Shown in pieces: positions 48,561 through 58,477 of a stretch of 64,000 bases of DNA. Below the pieces are notes generated by a model. The model was given only the letters and a program-made list of their open reading frames with translations. It did not search any database and was not told where the DNA came from. Numbering within the stretch: position 1 is the first letter of the stretch; every line of letters begins with the position of its first letter. Source of the stretch: Candidatus Woesearchaeota archaeon. Lineage in GTDB: Archaea > Nanobdellota > Nanobdellia > Pacearchaeales > GW2011-AR1. A program made the translations under genes and the position numbers. The stretch is from assembly GCA_964447315.1 (NCBI GenBank), contig CAYURQ010000001.1:27351-91350 (forward strand), read 5' to 3'.

Positions 48561-50684
48561 TTAAATTTCAAAAGGAACTCCTGGTTCTGGATTTACTCCA
48601 AAGATATAAATTTCATTCTCAGAATCTTCATAAATTTTTTTAAAATATTCTTTGTCTTCAAATTTATCCATAACCCCCACGTATGATTTAATATCATACT
48701 TTGTTGTTATTATTATCTTTTTTGAATTTATTACTTTCTCCTCCATAGCATCACATCTTCCATCCCTATAAAGATACTGATGAGGATTTATTCCGCAAAA
48801 ATAAAATGTGCAAGAACCAGATTCATTATTTGAAAGATTTTTAATTTTTTCATATGCTGTATATGAATCATTTAGTAAAAATATTTCTTTTATACAATCA
48901 GGGGTTTCAAATGGGTCCTCTGTAGAGTTTCTTGCAAAAACGTGGTAACTTCTACTTCTTTGGGCTATTCCTCTATAATCCCAATCTAAAGAAAGAGAAA
49001 TAATTTGATTGTCAAATGTATCTTCTCTGTCCAAGCTATCAGAAGCTAGATTAAAATACTCCGGAGAGCAAGAAAAAATATTCCTTTCTTCATTTGAATT
49101 ATTAAGTTGAATATACGAATTACTAAAGATTAAAAATGAAATTAAAACTATGAAAATTACTTTAATAAATATTCTTTTTCTGAAAAATAAATTGAGAACA
49201 TTAAATAATCCAAAAGCAGAGATTATAGCTACTAAAGGATTTAAATAACCTATCAATCTGTTCATCATAGGAAATGGAAGGAATAATAAAAAAATTCCTA
49301 TAAGAGTTATAAAAAATATTGATCCGTATTTTTGATTATTTTTATTTTTCATAAGTGAGAATAATCCTATAAAAAAGAATATAATAATAGAAAGATTATA
49401 CATATTCATAAAGGAATTAATAATATTTATTAATCCATCAACTTTCAAATCCCAATTTTCGGACCAAAGAAATAATAATTTTGGATTCCAAAATAAAGAA
49501 ATTAAAAACAAAAATAATGTAGAAATTGATAAAATAATTATGATTACCTTTTTTAGCTTCTCATTATTAGATATGAACCTTTCATAGATTAAATAAGAAA
49601 AAATAAAAATTGCGATTAAAGATCCCATCAGTGTGTGAACTAAAATACCAAGATAAATTATGGGTAGAGATAGAAACAAGTATCTTCTAATATTTTTCTT
49701 AAATAAAAATCGCATTAAAGGGAGGGAGATAATTAAAAATAAGGGCAAGATTATTCCTATGGAGTCTACAAAAGAAAATACCCTTTGAGAAGAATAAGTT
49801 AAATACAATAATAAAAAGAAAAATAGTGTAAAAGTAAATAACAAAATTAAAAATTTTGAAAAGTCAGATTTATTCAAATTCTTAAGATTTTCATTTTCAC
49901 ATACATTATAAAAATAGGAAAGAATTATAGGAAATAGTACCAATATGATTGTTCTTGGAGAAATTTCATATAGTGATATTGGAACAAAATTATATGTTAA
50001 AGTAAAAATTCCTATAAGTGAGGATATCAAAGAAATTCCTTTATTTTTAGTAAAAAGATATGAAAGATTGTATATTCCAAAAGAATATGTGGCGAATAAG
50101 AGAATTTCTAAACAAAAAAGCAAAATATTCTCATATCCTATTAAATTAGAAAAGAAAATTCCAAATGAAGTTAAAAGATGTATACTATTTAGATAGTCTC
50201 CATTGAAATAGAAAAAATTATCTAAAGTTATAAGATTAATTATGTGTCTATGAGTGTTACTATCACATCCAGATAGAATTCCCACCTTAGTAAATCCCAG
50301 GATTAATATAAATGCTACCAAACCTATAAAAACGGATAAGAAAATAGGAGAAATTTTTAATGAAATATTAAACTTTCTATTTAAAATATCTTCTTTAGAT
50401 TTAATAATTGTTCCTAATATAGAGAATAATAATATTAAAATTGAATAAAAAGTAAGATTAAATATTTTAAAGTAATTCATTAAATATCCTAAAACTACTA
50501 AAAAAGTAAACCCAATGCTCCAGTATAAAATAAATTTATTAAAGAAGCTAATCTTTTCTAATTTCAAAGATAATAACCTTATTAATCCAAAAGTTATCGA
50601 ACTACCCACTAAATAAGGAACTATTAGAAATACTGGCAAAACAAATATTGCTTTTAGGATATTATGTATCTGGATGGCATTCAA
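48561..50684 (-). CDS. AglB/STT3-like oligosaccharyltransferase candidate
   Basis: ~520 aa polytopic N-terminal domain then soluble domain beginning ...SLDWDYRG (variant of the WWDYG motif). Confidence 0.4.
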   Translation of the reverse strand: MNAIQIHNILKAIFVLPVFLIVPYLVGSSITFGLIRLLSLKLEKISFFNKFILYWSIGFTFLVVLGYLMNYFKIFNLTFYSILILLFSILGTIIKSKEDILNRKFNISLKISPIFLSVFIGLVAFILILGFTKVGILSGCDSNTHRHIINLITLDNFFYFNGDYLNSIHLLTSFGIFFSNLIGYENILLFCLEILLFATYSFGIYNLSYLFTKNKGISLISSLIGIFTLTYNFVPISLYEISPRTIILVLFPIILSYFYNVCENENLKNLNKSDFSKFLILLFTFTLFFFLLLYLTYSSQRVFSFVDSIGIILPLFLIISLPLMRFLFKKNIRRYLFLSLPIIYLGILVHTLMGSLIAIFIFSYLIYERFISNNEKLKKVIIIILSISTLFLFLISLFWNPKLLFLWSENWDLKVDGLINIINSFMNMYNLSIIIFFFIGLFSLMKNKNNQKYGSIFFITLIGIFLLFLPFPMMNRLIGYLNPLVAIISAFGLFNVLNLFFRKRIFIKVIFIVLISFLIFSNSYIQLNNSNEERNIFSCSPEYFNLASDSLDREDTFDNQIISLSLDWDYRGIAQRSRSYHVFARNSTEDPFETPDCIKEIFLLNDSYTAYEKIKNLSNNESGSCTFYFCGINPHQYLYRDGRCDAMEEKVINSKKIIITTKYDIKSYVGVMDKFEDKEYFKKIYEDSENEIYIFGVNPEPGVPFEI

Positions 50685-50764
50685 TATAAAAAATGCCTAC
50701 ATCAAATATATTAAAAAAATTGTTTCTAAAGAAAATATTTTACTCTTAAATTTCATTTTAATAA

Positions 50765-51805
50765 TCACACCATATTTATTACAGATTTAATTGTTTCCTT
50801 TATGCTTTTAAAAAACCCAAGAGATATTCCTTTTTTATAAATTTCTTTGTCAGAAAATATTCTTTTTGATTGTATTTTCTTTCTTTCTATCTTATTCTTC
50901 TTAAGATCTCTAAAAAAAGAAAAGTTTGCCTTACATATTGAAAAAGCATTAGAAAATTTTCCTTTAAAGCAAAATAAAACTATTGATCCAAAACTATATA
51001 TTAGAGAATAGAAAAATATATTTGAGAACACAGAAATTTTTTTCTGAGGATATTTAAAAAGATTAGACAATCTGTTTTTCCATAAGTTAAATAAATAAAA
51101 ATCTGAACGTTCGCTTTTTTTTGAAGATCCCCTTACTTTATGCCAATAAATAGAAGATGGAATTGAAATTATATTATATCCTTTAGTCCAAGCATTCCAT
51201 CCTAAAGACATATCTTCACCATACATAAAGTAATTCTCATCAAAACCTTTTAACTTTAGAAAGATAGTTTTTTTTATGAACATTCCTGCTCCTGAAGGGT
51301 GGAATGTAAATTTTATTTCTTTATCCATCTTATAAATTTTTTTTCCAGAATCTTCTGAAATAAAAGATCCAAATGAAGTTTTTTTTAGATTATTCACTAA
51401 AACTTTATCTTTATTATAATAATCTAACATCAAAGAGGATCCGATAAATAATTTTTTTTCTAGCAAAACATTTATTGCCCCAGAAACCCAATCTTTATCT
51501 ACGGAAGTATCTGAATTAAGAAATGCTAAATATTCTCCTTTAGCAAATCTTGCTCCCTTATTATTTCCTCTTGCAAAACCATAATTTTTCTTAAGTTCCA
51601 ATATTTTTATCCAAGGATATTTATTTTTTGTGTATTCAACAGAATTATCTTGAGAATTATTATCAACCATGATAACTTCATAATTGGATTTTGGATAATT
51701 TATTTTCTTTAGAGAATCAAAACATTCTTTGATATGTTGTTTTCCATTATAATTAAGAACAATTATGCTTACTTTAGGGTAATTTATTTTACTTTTTCTT
51801 TTCAT
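50765..51805 (-). CDS. family 2 glycosyltransferase
   Basis: VSIIVLNYNG...EVIMVDNNSQDNS. Confidence 0.8.
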   Translation of the reverse strand: MKRKSKINYPKVSIIVLNYNGKQHIKECFDSLKKINYPKSNYEVIMVDNNSQDNSVEYTKNKYPWIKILELKKNYGFARGNNKGARFAKGEYLAFLNSDTSVDKDWVSGAINVLLEKKLFIGSSLMLDYYNKDKVLVNNLKKTSFGSFISEDSGKKIYKMDKEIKFTFHPSGAGMFIKKTIFLKLKGFDENYFMYGEDMSLGWNAWTKGYNIISIPSSIYWHKVRGSSKKSERSDFYLFNLWKNRLSNLFKYPQKKISVFSNIFFYSLIYSFGSIVLFCFKGKFSNAFSICKANFSFFRDLKKNKIERKKIQSKRIFSDKEIYKKGISLGFFKSIKETIKSVINMV

Positions 51806-52988
51806 ATATCTCTTTCATTTTCTCATTTATTTTCTTTGCTATTTTCTCTCTATTAAAATTTTCCTCTGCAAATTTTCTTCCTTCTACTGACATTTCTTTG
51901 ATTTGAATTTCTTTTAAATTATTAATTACATTTGCTAATTCTTTAGGGTTATTTTTGCAAAGGATTCCTGATTTTGATTCATTTATAACATTTTTTATTT
52001 CTCCTTTTCCTGTAGCTATAAATGGTAACCCACAAGACATATACTCATAAACTTTTGTTGGAACAGCATAAACTAAAGAAGGAAGATCTGCTAAAGGGGC
52101 AAATCCAATAAGAGATTTATTTAATATCTCTGGTATTTTTTCTCTTGGAATTGATTCTTTTATTTTTACTTTATTTTCTAATTTTAAATCTTTTATTAAA
52201 TTCTTTAATTTTTCTTTTTCTTCTCCATCACCTACAATTAGCAATTTATAATCTTTAATTTCCTTCATAGCTAAAATTATGTTCTCTATTTTTTGGGCAT
52301 AACCCAATCTACCTGTATAAATAATTATTTTTTCTTTATTAATTTTTAATTCTGGTTTAAATAAATCCATATCAGAACCATTATAAATTACTTCTATTTT
52401 CTTAGAATCCAAATAAGGATGGCTTTTTAACAATAAACTTTTTTGTTTTTTAGAAGTAACTCTTGTAAATTTAGACTTTGATATTAGAAATTTTTCAATC
52501 CATCTTGAAAATTTTTCATTAAAACTTCCTTTTTTTATAAAACCTAAATCTATTCCTGCATCAATCCACAAGTCTCCATAATCTAAAATTGTATCCGTTC
52601 CTTTTATTTTATTAATATATCCTACAAATCCTGTAAACAATGGAGGGGCTATAGCTATGCAAAAATTATATTTTTTTAAAAACAATAAAGAATAAAATGT
52701 TGTGTTAAAAGGGAAGATAAGGTAATAAAGTAATCTTGAGAAAAAAGAAGGTTCTTGTTTTTTTGGTTGCCACGTCCAAATACTAAAAACATTGAACCCA
52801 TATTTTTCTTTCCTTTTATCTATAAAATTCCATTTCCTTTTATATTTCCCAAAAGGATAAGTTGGGTGAGGACAAAAAACATCTACATCATTTCCCAATT
52901 TTGATAAATATTTTGCTAAATCATAAGCTCTAGATGCTCCCCCTCCAAGTTCTGGAGAAAAATTTTGAGAAAGAATCATTATTCTCAT
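51789..52988 (-). CDS. family 4 (GT-B) glycosyltransferase
   Basis: N-term MRIMILSQNFSPELGGGASRA...; C-terminal E..(8)E-type region. Confidence 0.8.
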   Translation of the reverse strand: MRIMILSQNFSPELGGGASRAYDLAKYLSKLGNDVDVFCPHPTYPFGKYKRKWNFIDKRKEKYGFNVFSIWTWQPKKQEPSFFSRLLYYLIFPFNTTFYSLLFLKKYNFCIAIAPPLFTGFVGYINKIKGTDTILDYGDLWIDAGIDLGFIKKGSFNEKFSRWIEKFLISKSKFTRVTSKKQKSLLLKSHPYLDSKKIEVIYNGSDMDLFKPELKINKEKIIIYTGRLGYAQKIENIILAMKEIKDYKLLIVGDGEEKEKLKNLIKDLKLENKVKIKESIPREKIPEILNKSLIGFAPLADLPSLVYAVPTKVYEYMSCGLPFIATGKGEIKNVINESKSGILCKNNPKELANVINNLKEIQIKEMSVEGRKFAEENFNREKIAKKINEKMKEIYEKKK

Positions 52989-54070
52989 TTTATCAAAACC
53001 TCCACAATCCTTTTAGAAGTATTTCCATCCCAAAATTCTGGAATTTTTCCTTTTTTGTTTTTTCCTTCTAGAATGTCATTCACAGAGGAAATTATCAATG
53101 ATTTATCTAATCCCGTTAGAATATTCGTTCCTTCTTCTATTGTTATTGGTCTTTCGGTATTTTCTCTTAAGGTTATACAAGGAACACCAAGATAAGTTGT
53201 TTCTTCTTGTATACCTCCTGAATCTGTTAAAATAAGTTTTGAATTTACTACAAGATTCATAAAATTTAGATAATCTAAGGGTTCTGTTATAATTAAATTC
53301 TTCATCTCTTCTAATTCTTTATTCAAACTAAATTTTTCAATATTATTTTTTGTTCTTGGATGTATTGGAAATATTAATTTCTTGTTTTCCTGGACTTTTT
53401 TAATTATATTTAAAAGATTTGATAGGCTTTCCTTATTGTCTACATTACTCGGCCTATGAAGTGTTAATAGTATGTAGTCTTTTTCTTTTAATTTATATTT
53501 TTTGAAAGTATCTTTTTTATTTATCTTATCTAAAAGAAATTTTAAAGTATCAATCATCACATTACCAACAAAAAATATATTTTCTTCTGAAAAGCCTTCT
53601 TTTTTTAAATTTTCTATTCCTGATTTTTCTGTTATAAATAGGTAATTAGATATTCTATCTGTTAATATCCTATTTATTTCTTCCGGCATATTTTTATCAA
53701 AACTTCTCAATCCTGCTTCGACATGAGCAACTTTTATTCCTAATTTTACAGCTACTAAAGAACAAGCAATTGTTGAATTAACATCTCCAACAACTAAAAC
53801 TAAATCTGGTTTTTCTTTGATACAAATCTTTTCAAACTCAATCATTATCTTAGCTGTTTGTTCTGTATGGCTTCCACTTCCAACACCTAAATTATAATCT
53901 GGTTTTGGAATTTCTAAATCTATAAAAAAACTCTCACTCATATTTTTATCATAGTGTTGTCCTGTATGAACCAAAATAGGTTTTATATTAGAATGATTCT
54001 TATATTCTCTCATTAATGGAGCAATCTTCATAAAATTTGGTCTAGCTCCAACGACATTAATAATTTTCAT
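52985..54070 (-). CDS. wecB: UDP-N-acetylglucosamine 2-epimerase (non-hydrolysing)
   Basis: MKIINVVGARPNFMKIAPL...HTGQHYD. Confidence 0.85.
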   Translation of the reverse strand: MKIINVVGARPNFMKIAPLMREYKNHSNIKPILVHTGQHYDKNMSESFFIDLEIPKPDYNLGVGSGSHTEQTAKIMIEFEKICIKEKPDLVLVVGDVNSTIACSLVAVKLGIKVAHVEAGLRSFDKNMPEEINRILTDRISNYLFITEKSGIENLKKEGFSEENIFFVGNVMIDTLKFLLDKINKKDTFKKYKLKEKDYILLTLHRPSNVDNKESLSNLLNIIKKVQENKKLIFPIHPRTKNNIEKFSLNKELEEMKNLIITEPLDYLNFMNLVVNSKLILTDSGGIQEETTYLGVPCITLRENTERPITIEEGTNILTGLDKSLIISSVNDILEGKNKKGKIPEFWDGNTSKRIVEVLIK

Positions 54071-54073
54071 CCC

Positions 54074-54469
54074 TTAAATCCTCCGGGATTTCTTTTTTTC
54101 TTGCTTTTGTTCTTGCTTTTGCTCTTTTTTTTGTTTCTCTAACTCCAAAGGTTTCAATGCAACAATCCTGGTTAATTTTTCTAATCTGTCTTCTGTTTTT
54201 CTGTTTCGTATTGTTAAATAAAAAATAACTATGAACAAAAACATAAATGCTAAAATCATGTATAAATCCATTACACGAATTATGTTTAATGGGTCAAGTA
54301 TTTTGTTAACTTGATTGTGGAGAACCACTAAGAGTATTCCTATAAACCAAATAATATTCCAAAACCATAATCCAACTTTTGTTAAACTTTTTCTTTGATA
54401 TTGCAACATTGTAAAGTAAAACATTGCTAAGATGAATACAATCCCTATAACTTCAAATGCATATACCAT
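54074..54469 (-). CDS. small membrane protein (DUF2304-like?) associated with the GT2 gene
   Basis: 3 TM helices, KE-rich tail. Confidence 0.4.
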   Translation of the reverse strand: MVYAFEVIGIVFILAMFYFTMLQYQRKSLTKVGLWFWNIIWFIGILLVVLHNQVNKILDPLNIIRVMDLYMILAFMFLFIVIFYLTIRNRKTEDRLEKLTRIVALKPLELEKQKKEQKQEQKQEKKKSRRI

Positions 54470-54491
54470 TTTATTTTATTTATTATTTTAT

Positions 54492-55184
54492 TTATTTGTT
54501 GAACTTTAAATTTAACATTTTATTTGCTATTTTAATACCATCTATGATGGTTGTTCCTTTTTGATTTTCAAAGTAAATTGTTCTTACTTCTTGAGGAACA
54601 TATCTTATTTTATGTGTTTCAGCATTTATTAACATTTCTGAAGCAACTGCATAATCTCTTGATTTCCATCTTATTTTTCTATATGCATCTGCTGTAAATA
54701 ATCTATATCCTGTTTGAGTATCTCTTACTTTAATTCCAAAAATATATTTTGAAAATACATTAAAGAATTTATTACCCATTTTCTTTACAAAAGGCATTGT
54801 TTTATTAAATGGCCTTTCTCCAAAAACAGCATCACATTTATTTTTTATTAGTGCATTAATTAACTTTGGTATTTCATGAGGGTCGTGCTGTCCATCTCCA
54901 TCTAATGTTATTAATATGTCTGCTCCAAGAATTAAACCAGCATCACATCCTGTTTTAAGTGTTCCACCTAAACCTAAATTTATCTCATGTCGGAGAGCAA
55001 TTGCTCCTGCTTTTCTTGCTAATTCTTGTGTATTGTCAGTGCTTGCATCATCCACAACAATTACTTTGTCAACATACTTTTTTGTGTCTTCAACAACTTT
55101 GCTAATATATTTAGATTCATTATGTGCAGGAATAACAGCAATTATTGTTTTCCCATTCATACCATTATATTGTTTTCTTATCAT
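54492..55184 (-). CDS. dolichyl-phosphate sugar synthase-like GT2 (DPM1-like)
   Basis: IIAVIPAHNESKYI...VIVVDDASTDNT...LDGDGQHDP. Confidence 0.8.
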   Translation of the reverse strand: MIRKQYNGMNGKTIIAVIPAHNESKYISKVVEDTKKYVDKVIVVDDASTDNTQELARKAGAIALRHEINLGLGGTLKTGCDAGLILGADILITLDGDGQHDPHEIPKLINALIKNKCDAVFGERPFNKTMPFVKKMGNKFFNVFSKYIFGIKVRDTQTGYRLFTADAYRKIRWKSRDYAVASEMLINAETHKIRYVPQEVRTIYFENQKGTTIIDGIKIANKMLNLKFNK

Positions 55185-55185
55185 T

Positions 55186-55320
55186 TAAATTTATCCTTTG
55201 ATTTAGTTTGTTTATTATTTATCCTTTGATTTAGTTTGTTTGGTTTGTTTAGTTTCTTTATCTTTTATCATGTTTTTGTTTGGGTTGTTTGGTTGTTTGG
55301 TTTGTTTAGTTTGTTTATCA
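55186..55320. repeat. TG-rich degenerate tandem repeats (TTATCCTTTGATTTAGTTTGTT x2, then GGTTTGTTTAGTTTG-type units)
   Basis: visible periodicity in intergenic sequence. Confidence 0.6.
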
Positions 55321-55321
55321 T

Positions 55322-56056
55322 TTATTCTATTGTTTCTGTTACATTCCAGGAATCATCCTGGAATTCGTATTTTTTAATTGAAGAATCTATAATTAAATCT
55401 TGAAGAGCATAAACATGTCTTTTCCTTTCTCTGAGTTTTGGGTTGTTTAAGTATGCAGATATTCCTTTAACGTGTGCTTGTCCAATAAAATAAGGTACTT
55501 TTCCCTGGAATTGCACTTTTTTAGTTAATTTGTCTATGTTTGCTGCACTGACCAAATTTCTATAATCATGGATTACTCCATATTTTAAAGCATCATCAAT
55601 AATTATATGTTCATTTCTTTTTGGGCTTTCAAGAAATATTGATAAAGGAGATCCTAACATCAAATATAAACCAGCAAGTCCTTTTCCTGATTTTTTTAAA
55701 AAATCCCTTCTTGAGAAATCTTTTTTTGGCTTTCCAAAAGAATTTGCAAAAAGAGAAATTCCTATTGTCAATTGAACTGCGTCTGGAAGCAAATAAGAAG
55801 TTTTTGAAGTATCTGGAATATAAATGGGTTTTCCTGCTTCTTGTGCAAATTTTGCTATCTCTCCATAAAAACCATTTTCAATTGATCTGCCCCTTTCACC
55901 ATCTTCAATAAATATTGCTGGTGCATTATCTGCATTTTCTTTAAGAAGATTTTTATTTTTATTGAAAAATTCTTTATTATGTATAACTCCAACTAAATCT
56001 ATATCTATTCCATTAACTTTTTCTTGTAAAATTATTGGTAATTTTTGTTTTTTCAT
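55322..56056 (-). CDS. hypothetical protein with internal twin-arginine-like motif (SRRDFLKKSGKGLAGL)
   Basis: ORF only. Confidence 0.4.
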   Translation of the reverse strand: MKKQKLPIILQEKVNGIDIDLVGVIHNKEFFNKNKNLLKENADNAPAIFIEDGERGRSIENGFYGEIAKFAQEAGKPIYIPDTSKTSYLLPDAVQLTIGISLFANSFGKPKKDFSRRDFLKKSGKGLAGLYLMLGSPLSIFLESPKRNEHIIIDDALKYGVIHDYRNLVSAANIDKLTKKVQFQGKVPYFIGQAHVKGISAYLNNPKLRERKRHVYALQDLIIDSSIKKYEFQDDSWNVTETIE

Positions 56057-56063
56057 TTAAACT

Positions 56064-56450
56064 TTACTCCTTATTGCCTATTGGTCCTTTAAAAATATCT
56101 TTAATTTCTTGAATGGCGAATTGAAGTTTTCCTTGGTGGCTTGGATCTTTGCTATCTAGGTAGTAACTAAGCATTTGGTATCTGTGCTTTGCAGCATTAA
56201 TTACATAATTAACTCCTGCACTTCCTCCATCTTTGAAGTATAAATCAAATATTTGTTCTTCAGGATTACTTGGGGTCGGGATATTGTATCTTTGGAAGAA
56301 TAAAGGGTCTTTTTGCACTATTTCACTTGTTTCTTTTTTAATTATATAAGATAATGAAGGGGTTTTTTCATCAAATACTTGAAATCCTGCTTGTTTAAGT
56401 CTTTCATTAACTTGTTTCATAAATTCTTTTCTTTGTTCTGGGTTTGTCAT
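56064..56450 (-). CDS. hypothetical protein (128 aa); intact copy of a gene partially duplicated at 57971..58318
   Basis: ...VNERLKQAGFQVFDEKTPSLSYIIKKETSEIVQKDPLFFQR... shared. Confidence 0.5.
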   Translation of the reverse strand: MTNPEQRKEFMKQVNERLKQAGFQVFDEKTPSLSYIIKKETSEIVQKDPLFFQRYNIPTPSNPEEQIFDLYFKDGGSAGVNYVINAAKHRYQMLSYYLDSKDPSHQGKLQFAIQEIKDIFKGPIGNKE

Positions 56451-56505
56451 GTAAATATATTCTTAATTTATGTATATAAATGTTATGTTTTGTTGTAATT
56501 TAGAA
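56287..56505. repeat. direct repeat, copy 1 (~215 bp, near-identical to 58084..58297)
   Basis: covers the 5' two-thirds of the gene plus its upstream region. Confidence 0.7.
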
Positions 56506-56551
56506 GTGGTGGTATTATGGTAAGGTTTAATCTTATTTAATAGGGGAATTA

Positions 56552-56613
56552 AAAACTTTCCTTCTGAAAAGGAAAGTTTTATATAAAGTTTCCTTCTTAA
56601 AAGGAAAGTTTTA
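56552..56613. promoter_or_regulatory. two tandem hairpin/palindromes AAAACTTTCCTT-CTGAA-AAGGAAAGTTTT and AAAGTTTCCTT-CTTA-AAGGAAAGTTTT
   Basis: 12-bp perfect stem and near-perfect second copy, ~30 nt upstream of the ATPase ATG. Confidence 0.45.
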
Positions 56614-56639
56614 TATATATTAATTGTGTTAAAAAAAGC

Positions 56640-57914
56640 ATGATAAGTCGAGAAATTTTGAAAGATATCTTACTTGAAAAACCAAGACACAAAAAGATAA
56701 TTAAAAGAGACATAAACTTGGTAGATATTGATAAGATTTTTTCTATAATAGGTCCAAGAAGAGCAGGTAAAACTTATTTTCTATTTCAAATAATTGAAAA
56801 TTTAATTGAAAAAGGTGTGGAAGAATCTCAAATTTTATACATTAATTTTGAAGATGATAGATTAAGTGATATTGAAAAGGAGGATTTGCAATTGATACTT
56901 GATACTTTTTATGAGCTTTTTCCAGAAAATAGAAATAAAAAAATTTATTTTATGTTTGATGAGGTACAAAATGTTCCCTCTTGGTCAAAATTTATCAGAA
57001 GATTGCAAGATAAAGAAAATTGCAAAATATATCTTACAGGAAGTTCAGCAAAATTACTTAGCAAAGAGATAGCAACAGAATTAAGAGGAAGAACTTGGTC
57101 GTATTACATTTACCCTTTCTCATTCAAAGAATATCTTTTGAAAAAAGAGATTAATTTAAATAAAAATACAATCTATACAAAAGATAAACATCTTATAATA
57201 AATTATTTTAATAAATATCTAGAACAAGGAGGTTTTCCAGAAACAATTGAGTTAGGAGAAAGAGAAAGAATTATTCTCCATCAAAATTATTATGATAGTG
57301 TTCTTTTTAGAGACATTATAGAAAGATATAATCCCTCTAATGTAGACATTATTAGAGAATTATTTAAAAGTTTAATAAACAATTTTGCTAGATCCTTTTC
57401 TGTTCATAAATTTTATAACAATCTAAAATCTCAAAACAGGGCAATTAGTAAAGATTATCTTTATCCATTAGTTAATTATCTAGAAGATACAATGTATTTC
57501 TTTTTTGTCCCAATATATTCGGAATCCCAAAATATTAGAACAACTAATCCCAAGAAAGTTTATCTCGTGGATAATGGATTAATAAAAAGCATAATTTCTA
57601 AACCAGAGGAAGAAGGATGGCTTTATGAAAACCTAGTGGCAATAGAATTATTAAGGCAGGGAAAAGAGATATCTTATTTTAAAGGTAAAGGAGAATGTGA
57701 TTTTATCTCTATAGATAAAATTAAGAAAATATCTATGCCCATCCAAGTTACTTTAGAGCCTGATTCAGAAAGAGAAATCCAAGGTTTATTAGAAGCAATG
57801 AACAGAATTAATGTAAACCAAGGAACCATTATAACAAAAGCTGAAGATAAGACTATTGAAAAAGAAGGCAAAAAAATAATCATAATTCCTCTTTGGAAAT
57901 GGTTATTAATTTAA
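56640..57914 (+). CDS. AAA-family ATPase (DUF4143-type)
   Basis: Walker A IIGPRRAGKTYFL; Walker B IYFMFDEVQ; common archaeal AAA+DUF4143 architecture. Confidence 0.75.
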   Translation: MISREILKDILLEKPRHKKIIKRDINLVDIDKIFSIIGPRRAGKTYFLFQIIENLIEKGVEESQILYINFEDDRLSDIEKEDLQLILDTFYELFPENRNKKIYFMFDEVQNVPSWSKFIRRLQDKENCKIYLTGSSAKLLSKEIATELRGRTWSYYIYPFSFKEYLLKKEINLNKNTIYTKDKHLIINYFNKYLEQGGFPETIELGERERIILHQNYYDSVLFRDIIERYNPSNVDIIRELFKSLINNFARSFSVHKFYNNLKSQNRAISKDYLYPLVNYLEDTMYFFFVPIYSESQNIRTTNPKKVYLVDNGLIKSIISKPEEEGWLYENLVAIELLRQGKEISYFKGKGECDFISIDKIKKISMPIQVTLEPDSEREIQGLLEAMNRINVNQGTIITKAEDKTIEKEGKKIIIIPLWKWLLI

Positions 57915-57970
57915 GAATTTAATTCCATAAACAAAATTAGCTACACCAATATATACAGAAACTCTCTTTT

Positions 57971-58318
57971 TTATTTTAATAAAAAGAATCCGGCATTACA
58001 TAGGTATTTTGTTACTTTTCCATAATCTGGGTAGTATAAATCAAATATTTTTTCTTCTGGGTTGTTTGGAATGCTTAAATTATGTCTTTGGAAGAATAAA
58101 GGGTCTTTTTGCACTATTTCACTTGTTTCTTTTTTAATTATATAAGATAATGAAGGGGTTTTTTCATCAAATACTTGAAATCCTGCTTGTTTAAGTCTTT
58201 CATTAACTTTTTTCATATATTTTTCTTTTTCTTGTTGTTTCATGTAAATATATGCTTGATTTATGTATTTAAATGTTATGTTTTTGTTGTAATTTAGTAG
58301 TGACAAGTTTATCTCCAT
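57971..58318 (-). pseudogene. partial, 3'-truncated paralog of 56064..56450
   Basis: identical core then divergent C-terminus (…DLYYPDYGKVTKYLCNAGFFLLK*). Confidence 0.5.
58084..58297. repeat. direct repeat, copy 2
   Basis: see 56287..56505. Confidence 0.7.
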
Positions 58319-58343
58319 GTGGTTGGAATATTTTAAGAGAATT

Positions 58344-58409
58344 AGAGGTTGTTGGAGTTAATTGTGGGTTGGAATATGTTGATAGGATGTTTTGGGATTG
58401 TTGGGGGTG
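58344..58409 (+). repeat. G/T-rich element (GGGTTGGAATATGTTGATAGGAT subfamily)
   Basis: translated by ORF 58349 as a spurious N-terminal extension. Confidence 0.45.
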
Positions 58410-58477
58410 TTTTATGTGGATTTATTTTACCCCTACAAAATAGGAAGATTTATAAATATGTGGGGGTAAATATATTT

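Noticed and set aside
55322-56056. A Tat-secreted protein call based on SRRDFLKKSGKGLAGL
   Set aside because: The motif lies ~115 residues from the N-terminus of the only available ORF start. It could be coincidental, or the gene model could be wrong, so no call was made.
58349-58477. The N-terminal 43 residues of the Fic ORF as listed (MLELIVGWNMLIGCFGIVGG...)
   Set aside because: That stretch is a translation of the G/T-rich repeat element, so the start was moved to MYKKIKK at 58478. The same reasoning applies to the 41428..41610 extension of ORF 40843..41610 and to the C-terminal half of ORF 46504..46689.
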